From the human T2T-CHM13v2.0 reference genome, Homo sapiens, in the NCBI RefSeq assembly GCF_009914755.1, contig NC_060931.1: 64,000 nt of DNA. One strand, given 5' to 3'. The notes below the pieces were generated by a model. It had not been told where the DNA came from. It made no database searches and saw only the letters and a program-made list of their open reading frames with translations. Below, piece after piece: positions 62,974 to 64,000 of the stretch. A program made the position numbers and the translations under genes. Each line of letters starts with the position of its first letter. The stretch's first letter is position 1.

Positions 62974-63163
62974 TCAGCGGTTCTCAAACTTTAGCATGCA
63001 TCAGAATCACCCAGAGGACTTGTGGAAACACGGAATGGAACACTTTGCTTTATCCCCAGAGTTTCTGAGTTAGTTGATCTAGGGTAGGGATTCTAAGAAT
63101 TCGCATTTTTAATGAGATGAAGCTGATGCTGCAGGTATGGAAACCACACTTGGAGAACAAAAG
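62974..63163. mobile_element. MER5A (hAT-Charlie)
   Basis: 'cagcggttctcaaactttagcatgcatcagaatcacc...accacacttggagaac'. Confidence 0.85.
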
Positions 63164-63574
63164 CCTCAGATCATTCCATTTTCCTGCTTGATAATCTTCA
63201 GGGACTCTGCACTGCCTACCAGGCTAAGCACATAAATGCTTCAGCTTGGCATTCAAAACCTCCTGGATAGAGCCCATAGGAACTCCTACTCCATCAGTCC
63301 ATACCCCTGTGCCTTCATCCATTACCTCCTCACTCTGCCCAGAGCACACACAGATCCCGTGCTCTGGCTCTTTCTGATCAGAACACACTTCTCATTGTTC
63401 TATTCATTAAGGTACTCATTCTTTAAAAGACTACAAGAATGCCACCTCTTCCCAGAAGCCGTCCATAATTCATCTTCATTAGAACTCTTTTCTCTGGGCT
63501 TTACTAAAACACGCAAGCCAGCCCTGCATTCTAATTAGTAGCTATTACCTAGCTCTCTTCCACAAGATTATATA

Positions 63575-63790
63575 GAAGAGTAGTTAAGAAGATGCATTTG
63601 GAGATAGAAAGACCTGGGTCCAAACTTTGGCTTGGCACTTAGCTGTGTGACACAGAACACTTTCCTTAACCATGAGCCTTAAAATGAGATAACAACAGTA
63701 CCTACTTCCAGGGATACTCATGAAGGTTAAATGACATAATCCACATAAAATACTAAATAGCATGCCTAGCAGTTAGGGCTCAGCAAACAA
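63575..63790 (+). mobile_element. MIR
   Basis: 'agacctgggtccaaa...cttagctgtgtgac...aaaatgagataacaacagtacctacttc'. Confidence 0.75.
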
Positions 63791-63910
63791 AGGCAGGTAT
63801 TACCTGGAGGTTTTGGAACATCCTCCAATTCTTCAACATTTCTCCCCTGTCAGGTTTATGTCTCTTCACCTTGAATCTGAGCTATGTGACTGCTTGATTA
63901 GTAGAATATA

Positions 63911-64000
63911 CAATAGCCTCCCCTTATCTATGGGGAATATGTGCCAAGACTCTAAGTGCATGCCTGAAACCACAGATGGGACCTATATATATGGTTTGGT
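63911..64000. mobile_element. Tigger-family fossil start (MER44/Tigger7-like), cut by the window edge
   Basis: 'caatagcctccccttatctatggggaatatgtgccaagac...tgcctgaaaccacagat'. Confidence 0.65.

Overview
This is primate, almost certainly human, genomic DNA: AT-rich, Alu/L1-dense, and containing an AluYb8-type element. It lies inside CTTNBP2 (cortactin-binding protein 2; from memory, the neighbour of CFTR on 7q31), which is transcribed on the minus strand. Only two coding exons are supportable. One is a 225-nt phase 0-0 exon at 24719-24495 (recalled as exon 3). The other is a very large 1654-nt exon at 6514-4861 (recalled as exon 4; coiled-coil followed by a Pro/Ser-rich region). The rest is intron filled with about 18 Alus, L1 fragments of several ages, L2/MIR, LTRs (THE1, MLT1, MER57, MER39-like) and DNA-transposon fossils (MER45A, Tigger4b, Charlie4a, MER2, MER5A). 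Almost all other ORFs in the track are repeat-derived or chance. I see no convincing new multi-gene system. The best second-look items are RNA-processing features and recent insertions. These include a three-way choice at the 3' end of the giant exon, a candidate poison exon whose donor sits in a hairpin, a young AluYb8 with an unusually long TSD, an L1PA2-like insertion without a TSD, and a close inverted Alu pair. Repeat subfamily calls and exon numbers come from recall, not from database searches.
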